Shown one piece after another: positions 1 through 10,763 of a stretch of DNA of 64,000 nt. Both the position numbers and the translations under genes were made by a program. The notes beneath the pieces are model-generated. The model saw only the letters and a program-made list of their open reading frames with translations. It was not told where the DNA came from and did no database searches. The stretch comes from a virus: the IMG/VR virus record IMGVR_UViG_3300034071_001262. One strand, 5' to 3'. The number at the start of each line of letters is the position of its first letter. The first letter of the stretch is position 1.

Positions 1-1
1 A

Positions 2-1609
2 GCTCCGTGGTATAGCACTGGATATTCTGTATATGGAAATCAAGTCCTAAAAAGACTAGTACAAAATCCATCTTTAGATGTTGCACAAATAGCTATATAC
101 GCCTCTTCAGATGACCCACATGTCAAAGATTTTCCTTGGAAAATTTATGGCAATAAACCATCAAGTAATCATCCACAATATAAGACTTATCAAGTAAGTC
201 CTAGCGCTCAATTTGGGGATTTTTCTTTTAATGAAGTATTATTAGATTTTAATCCACATTTTGTATTAGATATTAGGGATTGGTGGATGATTGAGTTTCA
301 GCAAAGATCGCCGTTTAGAAATTTTTTCAAGTGGGCAATAATGCCAACTGTTGATGCTGAACCACAAAATAATCAATGGATTAATACATATGAATCAGCA
401 GATGCTGTTTTTACATATTCAGAATTTGGTAGAGATGTACTATTAAATCAGTGTGATAATATTAAGTTTTTAGACATTGCATCTCCAGCAGCAAGTGAAT
501 GTTTTACTCCTGTTGCTAACAAGGCACAACATAAATCACAATGCGGTTTAAGACCAGATTCATTGATATTTGGCACCGTCATGCGTAATCAAAAAAGAAA
601 ACTTTATCCAGACTTGTTTGAATCATTTAGAGAATTTCTAAATCTATCAAATAGAAATGATGTATTTTTATATTGCCATACATATTATCCAGATATCGGA
701 TGGAATATACCAGAATTATTAGACACGTATTCTTTATCTAACAGGGTATTATTTACATACAAATGTAAAAAATGTGGTAAAATTACTACTGATTTTTTTC
801 AAGATGCTATGCAGTTTTGTAAGTCGTGTGGTAATTTTACTAATGCGTTGGTTGGTATTGGCAATAGCATTACAGAAAAAGAATTAGCTAAAATCTATAA
901 TATATTTGATGTATATATACAATATGCAAATAGTGAGGGTTTTGGTATGCCGCAATTAGAAGCAGCATACTGTGGTTTACCAGTTGTTTCTATATATTAT
1001 TCAGCAATGAAGTCTGTCATTGATAATATCGGAGGTATAGGTGTAAATCCAATTGCGTTTAGTAAAGAATGCGAAACCGGTTGCAATAGAGCTATTCCAA
1101 ACAATCAAGAGTTTATTGATATATTATTAAGGCTATCAGAAAAAACTCAAGATGAATTAAAAAATATAGGTACTAGCGTATGCAATAAAGCAAGAAAAGC
1201 ATATAGTTGGGACCAGACAGCAAATAAGTGGATGGACTATATATTAAATACAGAAATTATACCAGAGCATCTTTCTTGGAAATCACCATCAAAATTATTT
1301 AGTCCAGCACATGCTATTCCAGAACAGTTGACTACATCTTTAGATAAGGTTAATTTCATTTTTAATAACGTATTGGGAAAACCAGAATGGATTGGCGGAT
1401 ATCTTTGGAGAAGAGTATTAAGAGATTGTAGTTTTGGATATAGGTGTGAAAATCTTGAGCATGATTTTTACTTTAATGAATCGCATATACAATCATATAG
1501 TACTGTTAAACCATTTTCTATAGATGAAGCCATGAAAGAAATGACAAATTTTAGACTACAAATGAATCATTGGGAACAGGCCAGATTGGAAAAATTTAAA
1601 ATATCATGA
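2..1609 (+). CDS. GT-B (GT4-like) glycosyltransferase with internal CxxC..CxxC insertion; 5' end lies upstream of the window
   Basis: The frame of ORF 287..1609 is open back to position 2 (APWYSTGYSVYG...). C-terminal GT4 signature ANSEGFGMPQLEAAYCG; RNQKRK motif; CKKC...CKSC at ~764-829. Confidence 0.85.
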   Translation, partial: APWYSTGYSVYGNQVLKRLVQNPSLDVAQIAIYASSDDPHVKDFPWKIYGNKPSSNHPQYKTYQVSPSAQFGDFSFNEVLLDFNPHFVLDIRDWWMIEFQQRSPFRNFFKWAIMPTVDAEPQNNQWINTYESADAVFTYSEFGRDVLLNQCDNIKFLDIASPAASECFTPVANKAQHKSQCGLRPDSLIFGTVMRNQKRKLYPDLFESFREFLNLSNRNDVFLYCHTYYPDIGWNIPELLDTYSLSNRVLFTYKCKKCGKITTDFFQDAMQFCKSCGNFTNALVGIGNSITEKELAKIYNIFDVYIQYANSEGFGMPQLEAAYCGLPVVSIYYSAMKSVIDNIGGIGVNPIAFSKECETGCNRAIPNNQEFIDILLRLSEKTQDELKNIGTSVCNKARKAYSWDQTANKWMDYILNTEIIPEHLSWKSPSKLFSPAHAIPEQLTTSLDKVNFIFNNVLGKPEWIGGYLWRRVLRDCSFGYRCENLEHDFYFNESHIQSYSTVKPFSIDEAMKEMTNFRLQMNHWEQARLEKFKIS

Positions 1610-2694
1610 AAGTTTTATATATAGGTAACTATAGAGATGGTAGTGGCTGGTCTGATGCCTGTATTAACAATATTTTGGCAATGGACAAAATAGGTATTGA
1701 TGTTGTGCCAAGATGTGTCTCGTATTCTGTGCAACATGGAAATCCACCAGAGAAGATTTTAGAACTAGAAAAAAAATCAAGTTATAATTGCGATATATGT
1801 ATTCAGCATGTTTTACCAGATTCATATGTATATGATTCTACATATAAAAAAAATATAGGATTTTTAGCCGTAGAAAGCTCTAATTTTAAAGATACTGCAT
1901 GGCAACATCATGCAAATTTATTAGATGAAATATGGGTGCCTAGTTTATATTCTAAGGCGGCATGTAGAAGAAGTGGTATTACTGTTCCTATTCATGTGGT
2001 TCCACATTCTTTAGATATAAATCAATATCTAAATGCACAATTTACAAAAAAAATTGTAGAATTAGAGAATACTTTTAATTTTCTATTTATTGGCGAGTTT
2101 ATTGAAAGAAAGAATATATCAGCTTTAATAAAAGCATTTCATACTGAATTTGATATGACAGAGCCTGTCAATCTTATGATTAAAACATCTAGGCAGAACA
2201 TTGACTATATCAATAATTATAGTGAATCAATAAAAAGAGGGCTTAAAATTAGAACCTCATATAAAAAAGAAATCATCATTTGTGGTAAGCTTAATAAAAA
2301 TGATTATCTTTCTGTAATAAAACAGTGCCATTGTTTTGTAATGCCAAGTAGGGCAGAGGGATTTTGTATACCAGCTTTAGAAGCTATGGCCCTTGGATTA
2401 CCAGTAATACATGCTAGTAATACTGGAATGGATGATTTTAGTTATGGCATAAAAGTAATGTCAAGAACTACACCATGCTTTGGGGCGGTTGATACAATTC
2501 CATTTTTGGACAATGCGCATAGTGATTGGTCAGAAATAGATATAAGATCTCTAATGATAGCTATGAGAAACTATTATATGAAATGGAATACAGTAGAAGC
2601 AAAAAATGATACACATAATGCCATAGAAAAAGCTAAGTTATATAGTCATCAGTCTGTTGGCACAACAATAAAGGATTTATTAAATGATTGCTAG
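1606..2694 (+). CDS. GT4-family glycosyltransferase
   Basis: MPSRAEGFCIPALEAMALG (ExFx7E-type GT4 motif), ERKN motif, N-terminal MKVLYIG Rossmann strand; ATGA overlap with the upstream gene. Confidence 0.88.
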   Translation: MKVLYIGNYRDGSGWSDACINNILAMDKIGIDVVPRCVSYSVQHGNPPEKILELEKKSSYNCDICIQHVLPDSYVYDSTYKKNIGFLAVESSNFKDTAWQHHANLLDEIWVPSLYSKAACRRSGITVPIHVVPHSLDINQYLNAQFTKKIVELENTFNFLFIGEFIERKNISALIKAFHTEFDMTEPVNLMIKTSRQNIDYINNYSESIKRGLKIRTSYKKEIIICGKLNKNDYLSVIKQCHCFVMPSRAEGFCIPALEAMALGLPVIHASNTGMDDFSYGIKVMSRTTPCFGAVDTIPFLDNAHSDWSEIDIRSLMIAMRNYYMKWNTVEAKNDTHNAIEKAKLYSHQSVGTTIKDLLNDC

Positions 2695-3709
2695 TGCAAT
2701 TCCAAAAAACATAAAAGCAATACTAAAACATCCACAGCGTGAAGATAAGCTAAATATTCTTACATTTACCACGCATGAAAGATATGAACAAAATTTATCA
2801 AAAACTGGTCATAATTTCTATGCTTTAAATTATGGCAAATCTTGGGATAAAGACTATGGAGTAATTCCAGAAAATTACAACATCATAAATGAAGTACCGC
2901 CATATTTAGACATAGATATAGTTTTATCACACACATCCTGTGATAGATTACAATATGCTCACGACACATTATCTAACACTAAAAATGCTGGATTGTCAAT
3001 GTTGGCTATACCAATCCTAAGACATACACATGTTCTTCCAGATATAAGAATGGATGTAGAACAACAAAAATCTATATTTCAAAATATACCAGTATTTGCA
3101 AATTCTTTTATATCTGATTACAGCAGAAAGAAATGGGGCTATAATGAATCTAATTCTAATGTAGTTGAACATGGTGTGGATACAGATTTTTGGTTTCCAA
3201 CAAAAGATAAGCGAGATAACGTATGTTTATCCGTTGTAAATGATTGGCCCAATAGAGATTGGTGCTGTGGTTTTAATTTATGGAGAGAGACATCATACGG
3301 ATTACCAGTTCGCGTATATGGTAAAAGTGCCGGTTTTTCTCAACCAGCAGAATCAGTAGAACACTTAAGAGATATATATTCTTCATCTATGATTTTTTAT
3401 AATACATCCATACATTCGCCAGTTCCGACAGTGTTATTAGAAGCAATGGCTTGTGGTTGTGCCATAGTATCAACTGCTAATTGTATGATACCAGAAATCA
3501 TTACACACAAGTATGATGGCTTAATATCAAATGATCCATCAGAACTTAGATCGTTTTTAGAATTGTTATTAAACAACAATGATTTAGCTCGTCAAATCGG
3601 AGATAATGCAAGAAAAACCATACTAGAAAAGTTCAACCTAAACAGGTTTTGTGATAACTGGAACAATCTACTATATACAACTATAGAACGTTACAAGGGA
3701 AAAATATGA
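2684..3709 (+). CDS. GT4-family glycosyltransferase
   Basis: HGVDTDFW; SPVPTVLLEAMACGCAIVST; typical C-terminal helix ARQIGDNARKTI. Confidence 0.85.
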   Translation: MIASAIPKNIKAILKHPQREDKLNILTFTTHERYEQNLSKTGHNFYALNYGKSWDKDYGVIPENYNIINEVPPYLDIDIVLSHTSCDRLQYAHDTLSNTKNAGLSMLAIPILRHTHVLPDIRMDVEQQKSIFQNIPVFANSFISDYSRKKWGYNESNSNVVEHGVDTDFWFPTKDKRDNVCLSVVNDWPNRDWCCGFNLWRETSYGLPVRVYGKSAGFSQPAESVEHLRDIYSSSMIFYNTSIHSPVPTVLLEAMACGCAIVSTANCMIPEIITHKYDGLISNDPSELRSFLELLLNNNDLARQIGDNARKTILEKFNLNRFCDNWNNLLYTTIERYKGKI

Positions 3710-4125
3710 AGATTTTTTTATCAAATCATAAGCCAAGTATAGATAACTATATATGGATTAATAATCTATCACAGCTAAATGATTCAGTTTTACCATCAGA
3801 AGCTACCGAAATTATTTGTGAAGATTTTTTGTCATCATTTGCTATAAATGAACAACAAGAACTACTTAATAAAATAACTGAAAAATTGAGACTTAATTCT
3901 AAACTAATAATATCAGAAGTTGACTGTGGTTTAATAACAAAGAGATTTTATTTGGAAGAAATTAATTTGGATGAATTAAATGAAAAAATGTTTAGCGGGA
4001 AAAGAAAAAGTATTTTATCGGTTCATGAGATTATAAAAAATCTACCAGATAAATTACAAGTAAATAATAAACACTTCCAGTATAATGAGTGTAAGATCAT
4101 TTTGACATGCAGGAGGCACAAATGA
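3706..4125 (+). CDS. Hypothetical protein, possibly a degenerate class I SAM-methyltransferase-like fragment
   Basis: EATEIICEDFLSSF...EKLRLNSKLII resembles the 'DEI...LEH...LKPGG' region of small methyltransferases but has no GxG SAM motif. Translationally coupled in the operon. Confidence 0.35.
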   Translation: MKIFLSNHKPSIDNYIWINNLSQLNDSVLPSEATEIICEDFLSSFAINEQQELLNKITEKLRLNSKLIISEVDCGLITKRFYLEEINLDELNEKMFSGKRKSILSVHEIIKNLPDKLQVNNKHFQYNECKIILTCRRHK

Positions 4126-4916
4126 ATATCAATACAAAATGTAATGGATGCGTGTTTAGTGTTTATGAAAATAACATACAGATATCATGCAAGCTAGATA
4201 GACATAATAAATTAACATATGATACGCACGATGAAGAGGGGGCTTTTATCTTAAATAGATTTTGTAGCACATATCGTCCACAAAATTGGCTAGAGGAATT
4301 GTCTGTACAAGAAAGCGAAAATATAGTTTCAACTGTCTTACGAGAGATTATCCCGTGTGTAGGATTTTTTGTTTTGTTAAAAACAGATTCTTTGGATGCT
4401 ATGAGTAAATTAGAAAGCACTATAAAAGACATAAAGAATCAATCTTTTGCTGCCAGATATGTTGTAGTATCAACAGATAAAGTAGAATACAATGAAGGCA
4501 TACAAGAGCTGTTATGTAAATATTTTGATTTTGATACCACTAATCATCATATTGTACAATTAATACAACAGCCATCATCAATGCCATTTATTATAGACGA
4601 ATGTTTCAAACATGCAAAAAATGGGTGGGCATATGTGTGTGAGTCTGGAGAATCAATAGATAATAAGCTAATTGAAAAAATCCATAAACGAGTTAATTTA
4701 GATCTAAAACGTCTTAGTGTTGTCAAGCCATATAAAGAACCACTTAATGGTTTATTATTTCAAACAGCTTTATTCAAATTTCTCCACGGAAACACCGTGA
4801 AATTGTTTAAAGATGATGTTGTAGATAATAGAGAATTTCTAGATAAAGTGGCTAATGCCGCAATTAAAAGTGATCCAGACACATTTATCACATGGGAACA
4901 ATTCAATGAATCCTAA
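4122..4916 (+). CDS. Hypothetical protein: N-terminal Cys cluster plus degenerate GT-A-like region
   Basis: Start moved to ATG 4122 (AGGAGG at 4111-4116). CNGC..C..C at the N-terminus; the LESTIKDIKNQS...YVVV pattern resembles a GT2 N-terminus without the catalytic DxD. Confidence 0.45.
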   Translation: MNINTKCNGCVFSVYENNIQISCKLDRHNKLTYDTHDEEGAFILNRFCSTYRPQNWLEELSVQESENIVSTVLREIIPCVGFFVLLKTDSLDAMSKLESTIKDIKNQSFAARYVVVSTDKVEYNEGIQELLCKYFDFDTTNHHIVQLIQQPSSMPFIIDECFKHAKNGWAYVCESGESIDNKLIEKIHKRVNLDLKRLSVVKPYKEPLNGLLFQTALFKFLHGNTVKLFKDDVVDNREFLDKVANAAIKSDPDTFITWEQFNES

Positions 4917-5682
4917 TGTAGCTATTATTATTACTAACTATAATTATGGTAAATATGTTATACAAGCAATAAATAGCGCCACTAATCAAGATTACGCTGG
5001 TAACTTGCGTGTATATGTTTTAGATGATGGATCTAGTGATGACTCTTGGGAAAAAATTTCGAATATCACAGATCACCAATATTGTGCAACAATAAATGAA
5101 CCCTATTATTCTGGCCCAATTGACCACAGACAAAAGGATAATATTTATGCTTTTAGGATTAATAATTCTGGAGCAAGTACTGGCAGAAATGTAGCTATAT
5201 GGCAGTCATGGGATTGGGCTGAAATTTTTGGTATATTAGATGCTGATGATGCCTATTTTGAAAATAAGGTGTCTATCTTGGTAGAAAAATTAATTGAATA
5301 CGAAGAAGTAGGAGTGGCATACGCTGATTATAATAATGTATATTCAGGTTATCGTAAAACAGAATTTAAAGAATCATATAGTAGAGATATATTGTTAAAT
5401 CGCTGTATAGTGCATAGCAACTCCCTTATTAAAAAATCAAAAATAGAGTCTGTCATACTTCCAAATAAAGAAATTTTTGATTCTAGGTTACATGGCGCAG
5501 CTAGCAAGGGATTTATAGGATGTACTGAAGATTATGACTTATGGTTAAGATTATCTAAGGTTTGTATTTTCACGCACGTTCCAAAAATATTAGCCATTGC
5601 TAATCAAACTGGACAAAATCAATCATATAAAATGACATCAGAAATCTTTAAAGAAAACGCTAAAATATTAAGTAGCAGATAA
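4906..5682 (+). CDS. GT2-family glycosyltransferase
   Basis: IIITNYNYGKY, LDDGSSD, LDADD (DxD) and EDYDLWLRL are canonical GT2 motifs. Start placed at MNPNV (4906). Confidence 0.9.
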   Translation: MNPNVAIIITNYNYGKYVIQAINSATNQDYAGNLRVYVLDDGSSDDSWEKISNITDHQYCATINEPYYSGPIDHRQKDNIYAFRINNSGASTGRNVAIWQSWDWAEIFGILDADDAYFENKVSILVEKLIEYEEVGVAYADYNNVYSGYRKTEFKESYSRDILLNRCIVHSNSLIKKSKIESVILPNKEIFDSRLHGAASKGFIGCTEDYDLWLRLSKVCIFTHVPKILAIANQTGQNQSYKMTSEIFKENAKILSSR

Positions 5683-6404
5683 TGAATAGATTTACAACTA
5701 ATATTACTAAGATAAGAATTAATCCTAAAACTTCTAAGAAGACAAGCAATATTAGTATCATCATGCTTTGTGCTGGAGTTGGATTAAGAATTAAATCATA
5801 TGAGCCTCGTAGTATTCTGAAAATAAAAAATAAAACACTACTAGAACATCAAATAGACATACTAAATACTGTATTTGATTGTCCAGAAATTATTTGCGTA
5901 GTTGGATACGACGCCCAAAAAATCATCAAAAAAAATTACAATGTCAGAATTGTGGAAAACCAATTATATGAAACCACAAACGCAGCTGAAAGTTTAAGAC
6001 TAGCCTTTAATAATACATTAAATGACAACATACTATTTCTACATGGTGATTTATTCTTTAATAAAGAAACATTTAATGTCAAGTATAATAAATCCTTTAT
6101 ATTAGTAGATAGCAATAAAAGATTTAACAATAGTGAAGTTGGTGTAACAATATGTAGTGACACCAACAAGGCTAGTATTTTATCGTATGGATTAAATACT
6201 AAATGGTGTCAGATCGCATACTTAACTGGTAAAGAAACAAAAATAGCTAAAAATTTATTCCAAAAATTTGAAACAACACATAAAAAAATGTTGTGTTTTG
6301 AATTATTAAATGAGATGATAAATACTGGAGCTTGTTTTGAATGTCATGAGCCTAACAATATGAGCATAACAGAAATAGATAGAATAAAGGATATTGATAT
6401 ATGA
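5682..6404 (+). CDS. Nucleotidyltransferase (NTP_transferase/LicC-like, GT-A fold)
   Basis: CAGVGLRIKSYEPRSILKI (AGxGxR...P(K/R)xL), VVGY, ENQLYETTNAAESL and HGDL match sugar-phosphate/phosphocholine cytidylyltransferases. Confidence 0.75.
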   Translation: MNRFTTNITKIRINPKTSKKTSNISIIMLCAGVGLRIKSYEPRSILKIKNKTLLEHQIDILNTVFDCPEIICVVGYDAQKIIKKNYNVRIVENQLYETTNAAESLRLAFNNTLNDNILFLHGDLFFNKETFNVKYNKSFILVDSNKRFNNSEVGVTICSDTNKASILSYGLNTKWCQIAYLTGKETKIAKNLFQKFETTHKKMLCFELLNEMINTGACFECHEPNNMSITEIDRIKDIDI

Positions 6405-7438
6405 AAGTATTGATAGCGAGTGATGGTGTACATGCTCATTTTTTTGAACGAGCAGCTTGGGCAAACGCATTTAATGCGTGTGGTATACAATCGATATTGT
6501 GGGATTGTAAAAAAATACCAGCATTTGATATATTTGATACATATGAACCAGATATTTTTTTAGGACAGACATATAATTTAGAACCAGCTTTGATTAAATG
6601 TATCTATGAAAGACCACATTTAAAAGTGGCTTTACGTGCTGGAGATTGGGGAGATCAAGAATCTATAGTTGATAAATCGCAGTATAATATTTTATACTGC
6701 TCATCGTCAGAAAAACAGATTTTGCAGAAATTAAAAGATGAGACAGGAAAACCAGATTTTGTATATATTCATTATGATGAAACATCAATAAATATTACCC
6801 ATAATCATTTTAGATCTATTGGCATTGAACCTAAATCAGTAATGATGAGCGCGGACATAATGATGTATTCTAATGCACAGTATGATCCCAAACTAGATTG
6901 TGATATAGCGTTTGTTGGTGGCTATTGGCCCTATAAGGGTTTAGTAATCAATCAGTATCTATTTCCATTAATGAACGATGTTGGTAAATATAATATTAAA
7001 ATCTTTGGAAATCAAGTATGGCCCTCAAATCAATATTGTGGTATGATAAGTGACACAGAAGTAAAGAATCTCTTTGTATCTGCGAAAATTTGTCCAAATT
7101 TAAGCGAGCCACATGCACATGCGTTTGGTATAGATGTCAATGAGAGAATTTTCAAGATTTTATTTGCTGGCGGATTTTGTATATCTGATTATGTAGATTC
7201 ATATAAATTATTTGGTGATGGTTTGATTATGGCTAAAACACCAGACGAATTTCAAAACAAAATAGAATATTATCTAAATCATCCGTCAGAAAGAATAAAG
7301 GTTGCTAATATTGGACAATCAATAGTAAAAAAATATCACACATCTTTTGATAGAATAGCACAAATCATGCATTATTTTAATATGCCACAAATTGCAAATC
7401 TTATTCTTACAAAAAAATTGGAGATAATAAATGTCTAA
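6401..7438 (+). CDS. CgeB-like (Glyco_trans_1_2) glycosyltransferase
   Basis: DIAFVGG, AKICPNL, NERIFKILFAGGFCISD, YYLNHPSERIKVA and HTSFDR follow the CgeB/YkvP-family pattern. Confidence 0.8.
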   Translation: MKVLIASDGVHAHFFERAAWANAFNACGIQSILWDCKKIPAFDIFDTYEPDIFLGQTYNLEPALIKCIYERPHLKVALRAGDWGDQESIVDKSQYNILYCSSSEKQILQKLKDETGKPDFVYIHYDETSINITHNHFRSIGIEPKSVMMSADIMMYSNAQYDPKLDCDIAFVGGYWPYKGLVINQYLFPLMNDVGKYNIKIFGNQVWPSNQYCGMISDTEVKNLFVSAKICPNLSEPHAHAFGIDVNERIFKILFAGGFCISDYVDSYKLFGDGLIMAKTPDEFQNKIEYYLNHPSERIKVANIGQSIVKKYHTSFDRIAQIMHYFNMPQIANLILTKKLEIINV

Positions 7439-8390
7439 AAAAGTATTAGTAACTGGAGCAAATGGATTTCTTGGCACTGCTGTAATTAAAAAACTATCAG
7501 AAGAAACTAAATACGATATACTTCCAGCAAATGGAAAAGCGAAGTGGGATCTAACAAATAAGAAATATGTTGATTGTATGTTGGCTCATTATCAACCAGA
7601 TATTGTTGTACACTTGGCGGCAAGAGTTGGGGGTATTCAAGCAAATAAAGAAAATCCGGGTTTATTCTTTTATGAAAATTTAATAATGGGTGTTAATTTA
7701 ATAGAAGCCTGTAGACAATATGACAAGTTAGAAAATTTCGTAATGGCCGGAACAGTATGCGCATATCCCAAATTTACTCCAGTTCCATTTAATGAAGATG
7801 ATATATGGAATGGTTTTCCAGAAGAAACCAATGCTCCATACGGGATAGCAAAAAAAACATTAATGCAAATGCTTATAGCGTATAAACAACAATATAATTT
7901 TAATTGTGTCAATTTAATTCCAGTAAATATGTATGGACCAAATGATAATTTTGATCCAAGAATTAGTCATGTTATACCAGCTCTTATCTTGAAATATAAG
8001 CGAGCAATAATCAAAAAAGAAGATGTAGTAGAAATATGGGGTACTGGTAACGCTAGTAGAGAATTTTTATATGTAGATGATTGTGCAGAAGCCATAGTAA
8101 AATCCATTACGGCTAATGTGTCTCCAGAACCTATTAATATAGGAACTGGTAATGAAATTAATATTAGAGATCTGGCATCGCTTATTGGAAAAGAAATGGG
8201 ATATACTGGAAGCATACAATTTAATTCAAATTTTCCAGATGGACAACCAAGGAGATGTTTAGATACTAACAGGGCGAAGTCGTTGCTGGGCTTTCAAGCC
8301 AAAACATCCTTTATGGATGGTATAAAATATACCGTTGAGTGGTTTAATCAAAATGAGGGTAGATTTAATGATTACATCAATAATTTTTAG
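7431..8390 (+). CDS. fcl: GDP-4-keto-6-deoxymannose epimerase/reductase (GDP-L-fucose synthase Fcl, or the ColC colitose-synthase paralogue)
   Basis: TGANGFLG, HLAARVGGI.AN, GTVCAYPK, YGIAK (YxxxK), PVNMYGPNDNFD, SHVIPALI, WGTG..SREFLYVDD, PDGQPRRCLD. Confidence 0.93.
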   Translation: MSKKVLVTGANGFLGTAVIKKLSEETKYDILPANGKAKWDLTNKKYVDCMLAHYQPDIVVHLAARVGGIQANKENPGLFFYENLIMGVNLIEACRQYDKLENFVMAGTVCAYPKFTPVPFNEDDIWNGFPEETNAPYGIAKKTLMQMLIAYKQQYNFNCVNLIPVNMYGPNDNFDPRISHVIPALILKYKRAIIKKEDVVEIWGTGNASREFLYVDDCAEAIVKSITANVSPEPINIGTGNEINIRDLASLIGKEMGYTGSIQFNSNFPDGQPRRCLDTNRAKSLLGFQAKTSFMDGIKYTVEWFNQNEGRFNDYINNF

Positions 8391-9219
8391 TAAAAATCGC
8401 CCACTACAATTAGATCTATGCATTAAATCAATTAAAAGAAATTTTCTTGATTGTAATCAAATATTAGTTTTAGAAAAATATGATGATAATTATAGTAAGA
8501 TGCTTGATATATTAAGCAATGAACATCAAGATATAAATATTTTTCAACAAACGTCTTCTATATACCATGACTGTTTAGACCTATGTAAAAATGCCGTTAA
8601 CCAGTATATCTGTTTATTTACAGATGATGATATTGTATATAAAAATACAAACCACATAATATGTGATCAAATATTTAATCATGAAGAATTTTGTACTATA
8701 TCATTAAGACTAGGTTTGAATACAATTAAAAGAGAACACTTACATGAAGTAATTGATGATATTCCGAGAATTTGTTTTGAAACTACAGATTATTTATTAA
8801 TCCCAAAAACAGCTTATAACTATGGTTCTTATTGGAGTTATTCACATTCTTTAGATGGTCATATTTTTCGTAAAGCCGATCTAATTCAAATATTTGATGA
8901 ATTGTCTTATTTAGATAAGAAATATCACTTTAAACAATCTCCAAACGAATTAGAAACACAAATGCAAAGATATTGGGCAGTCACACCAAATATTATTGTT
9001 TGTCAAAAAAATAGCACAGTAGTTAATAGTCCAAATAATAGAATACAAAATACTCATCTATCAAATAAAGCTGGATCATATTTTAACTATAGTCCAGAAA
9101 AATTATCTACTCTATACAAGAATGGATATAGAATACAACTTAGTACATTAAATTTTGATAACATTGATTGTCCACATAAAGAAATTGATATATTGAGCGA
9201 CATAAACTATGATATATGA
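8368..9219 (+). CDS. Putative GT-A (GT2-like) glycosyltransferase
   Basis: IIFSKNRPLQL and LFTDDDI (DxD). Start moved to ATG 8368, with GAGGG upstream. Confidence 0.6.
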   Translation: MITSIIFSKNRPLQLDLCIKSIKRNFLDCNQILVLEKYDDNYSKMLDILSNEHQDINIFQQTSSIYHDCLDLCKNAVNQYICLFTDDDIVYKNTNHIICDQIFNHEEFCTISLRLGLNTIKREHLHEVIDDIPRICFETTDYLLIPKTAYNYGSYWSYSHSLDGHIFRKADLIQIFDELSYLDKKYHFKQSPNELETQMQRYWAVTPNIIVCQKNSTVVNSPNNRIQNTHLSNKAGSYFNYSPEKLSTLYKNGYRIQLSTLNFDNIDCPHKEIDILSDINYDI

Positions 9220-9916
9220 TGCTATAATTTTATCACATCCAAAAGACTATAACAAGATTTCATTTTGTCTAGATTCTTTACGTAATCTAGATCCATCTCC
9301 GATGCATACATATCTGGTTACTCCAGATGCTGTTTCTATTGATGGACTAATATCAATTAGCGATAAAGAAGCAATAAACGTAGATATTGAACAAATACAT
9401 TATAAAAGACCAAACTGGATTTATCAACAGCTAATTAAGTTATATCAAGATTTTACAGCAAATAATATCTACATGTGCATAGATAGTGATGTTATTTTTA
9501 ATCGTCCAATACATTTTACTGGAAAAACATTCTTTATCAGCGATAGGGCGCAGCATCATGAACCATATTTCAATTTTATGAAATCATATTTTGGAATAAC
9601 TGAGTGGGCTAATCATACTTTTATTAATGACTTCATGATATTTGACAAACAGCTTTGTAGAATAATGCTACCAGAAATAAATAGATTTGTCGAACACTTA
9701 AATACCTATCTGTCCGATGATAGATATTTATTTTCTGAATTTGAAACATATGGTAATTTTGTGGCTCATAACTTTAGTGGGATGTATACATTTAGATTGA
9801 CAAAGACTAAAACTCTTGGTAAATATACTTCATGGGATACACAAGAATTAATAATTGCTAAAGAGCTATGTAAAACACTTCCAATAGACTTATTTACTGT
9901 ACACACTTGGACATAG
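9209..9916 (+). CDS. Putative GT-A fold protein (DUF6492-like)
   Basis: WIYQQLIKL, CIDSDVIF (DxD), FSEFETYGNF. Confidence 0.6.
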   Translation: MIYDAIILSHPKDYNKISFCLDSLRNLDPSPMHTYLVTPDAVSIDGLISISDKEAINVDIEQIHYKRPNWIYQQLIKLYQDFTANNIYMCIDSDVIFNRPIHFTGKTFFISDRAQHHEPYFNFMKSYFGITEWANHTFINDFMIFDKQLCRIMLPEINRFVEHLNTYLSDDRYLFSEFETYGNFVAHNFSGMYTFRLTKTKTLGKYTSWDTQELIIAKELCKTLPIDLFTVHTWT

Positions 9917-9917
9917 C

Positions 9918-10763
9918 ATGAAACTCATAAATACATTCATATCAGACAAAAACGATGTTCCAGATTATGTTGCACTATCTTTAGAACAAGCTAGACATTT
10001 TAATCCAGAAATTGAGATTTATTTTATTTGTAAATATAAACAAGAATTTTTTGATAAGTTAAATATTAAGTGGGTTGATCAAGAGTCACTAGCTGAAGGG
10101 CAAACACTAAAAAGATTTAATCAAGTATGTTCATTTAGGCGTCATGGCACACCAAATACTACATATCCTAGTCCAGATTTGTTTTGGCATAGAACGGCTG
10201 AAAGAATATTCTATATATTAGAACTAATGCTAAGAGATACAATGGATGAAGTATTCCATTTTGAGAATGATGTTTTAATATACCATGATTTAAAAGATGT
10301 AGAAGTTTCTCAAAATGTAATTATTACACCAATGTCATTAACACATACAACATTTGCATTTTCATATTTTCCAACGCCAGCAAAGTTGTTTGATTTATGT
10401 TCGTATTTTATTATGTTGTTAGAACATGGGGAGCAAAATTTATTATCGTTTGGCTATGATCATATTAGTGAAATGTCACTATTAAATATGGCCCTAAGAA
10501 ACAATTTAGTTAAATGTTTTCCAATATTTCAAAATTATAATGGTTTTATATATGATCCGGGTTCTTATGGTCAGTATTTAGGTGGCACAAATAATGGTCA
10601 TGGGGCTGGTTTTGTAGATCCATCACATTATATAGGGCAAAAAATTCTACTAAATGAAATACATCCAGTATTTGATGTTAAGCCATATACGGAACATAAT
10701 CCTATTTTCAATCTACATATACATAGTAAAAATTTGGGACAATTTATATGCAAGACTACATAG
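9918..10763 (+). CDS. Putative glycosyltransferase-like protein (GT-A-like)
   Basis: SLEQAR, ERIF, HFENDVLIY (ExD), SEM, DPGSYGQYLGG, NLHIHSK; located in the middle of the GT island. Confidence 0.5.
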   Translation: MKLINTFISDKNDVPDYVALSLEQARHFNPEIEIYFICKYKQEFFDKLNIKWVDQESLAEGQTLKRFNQVCSFRRHGTPNTTYPSPDLFWHRTAERIFYILELMLRDTMDEVFHFENDVLIYHDLKDVEVSQNVIITPMSLTHTTFAFSYFPTPAKLFDLCSYFIMLLEHGEQNLLSFGYDHISEMSLLNMALRNNLVKCFPIFQNYNGFIYDPGSYGQYLGGTNNGHGAGFVDPSHYIGQKILLNEIHPVFDVKPYTEHNPIFNLHIHSKNLGQFICKTT

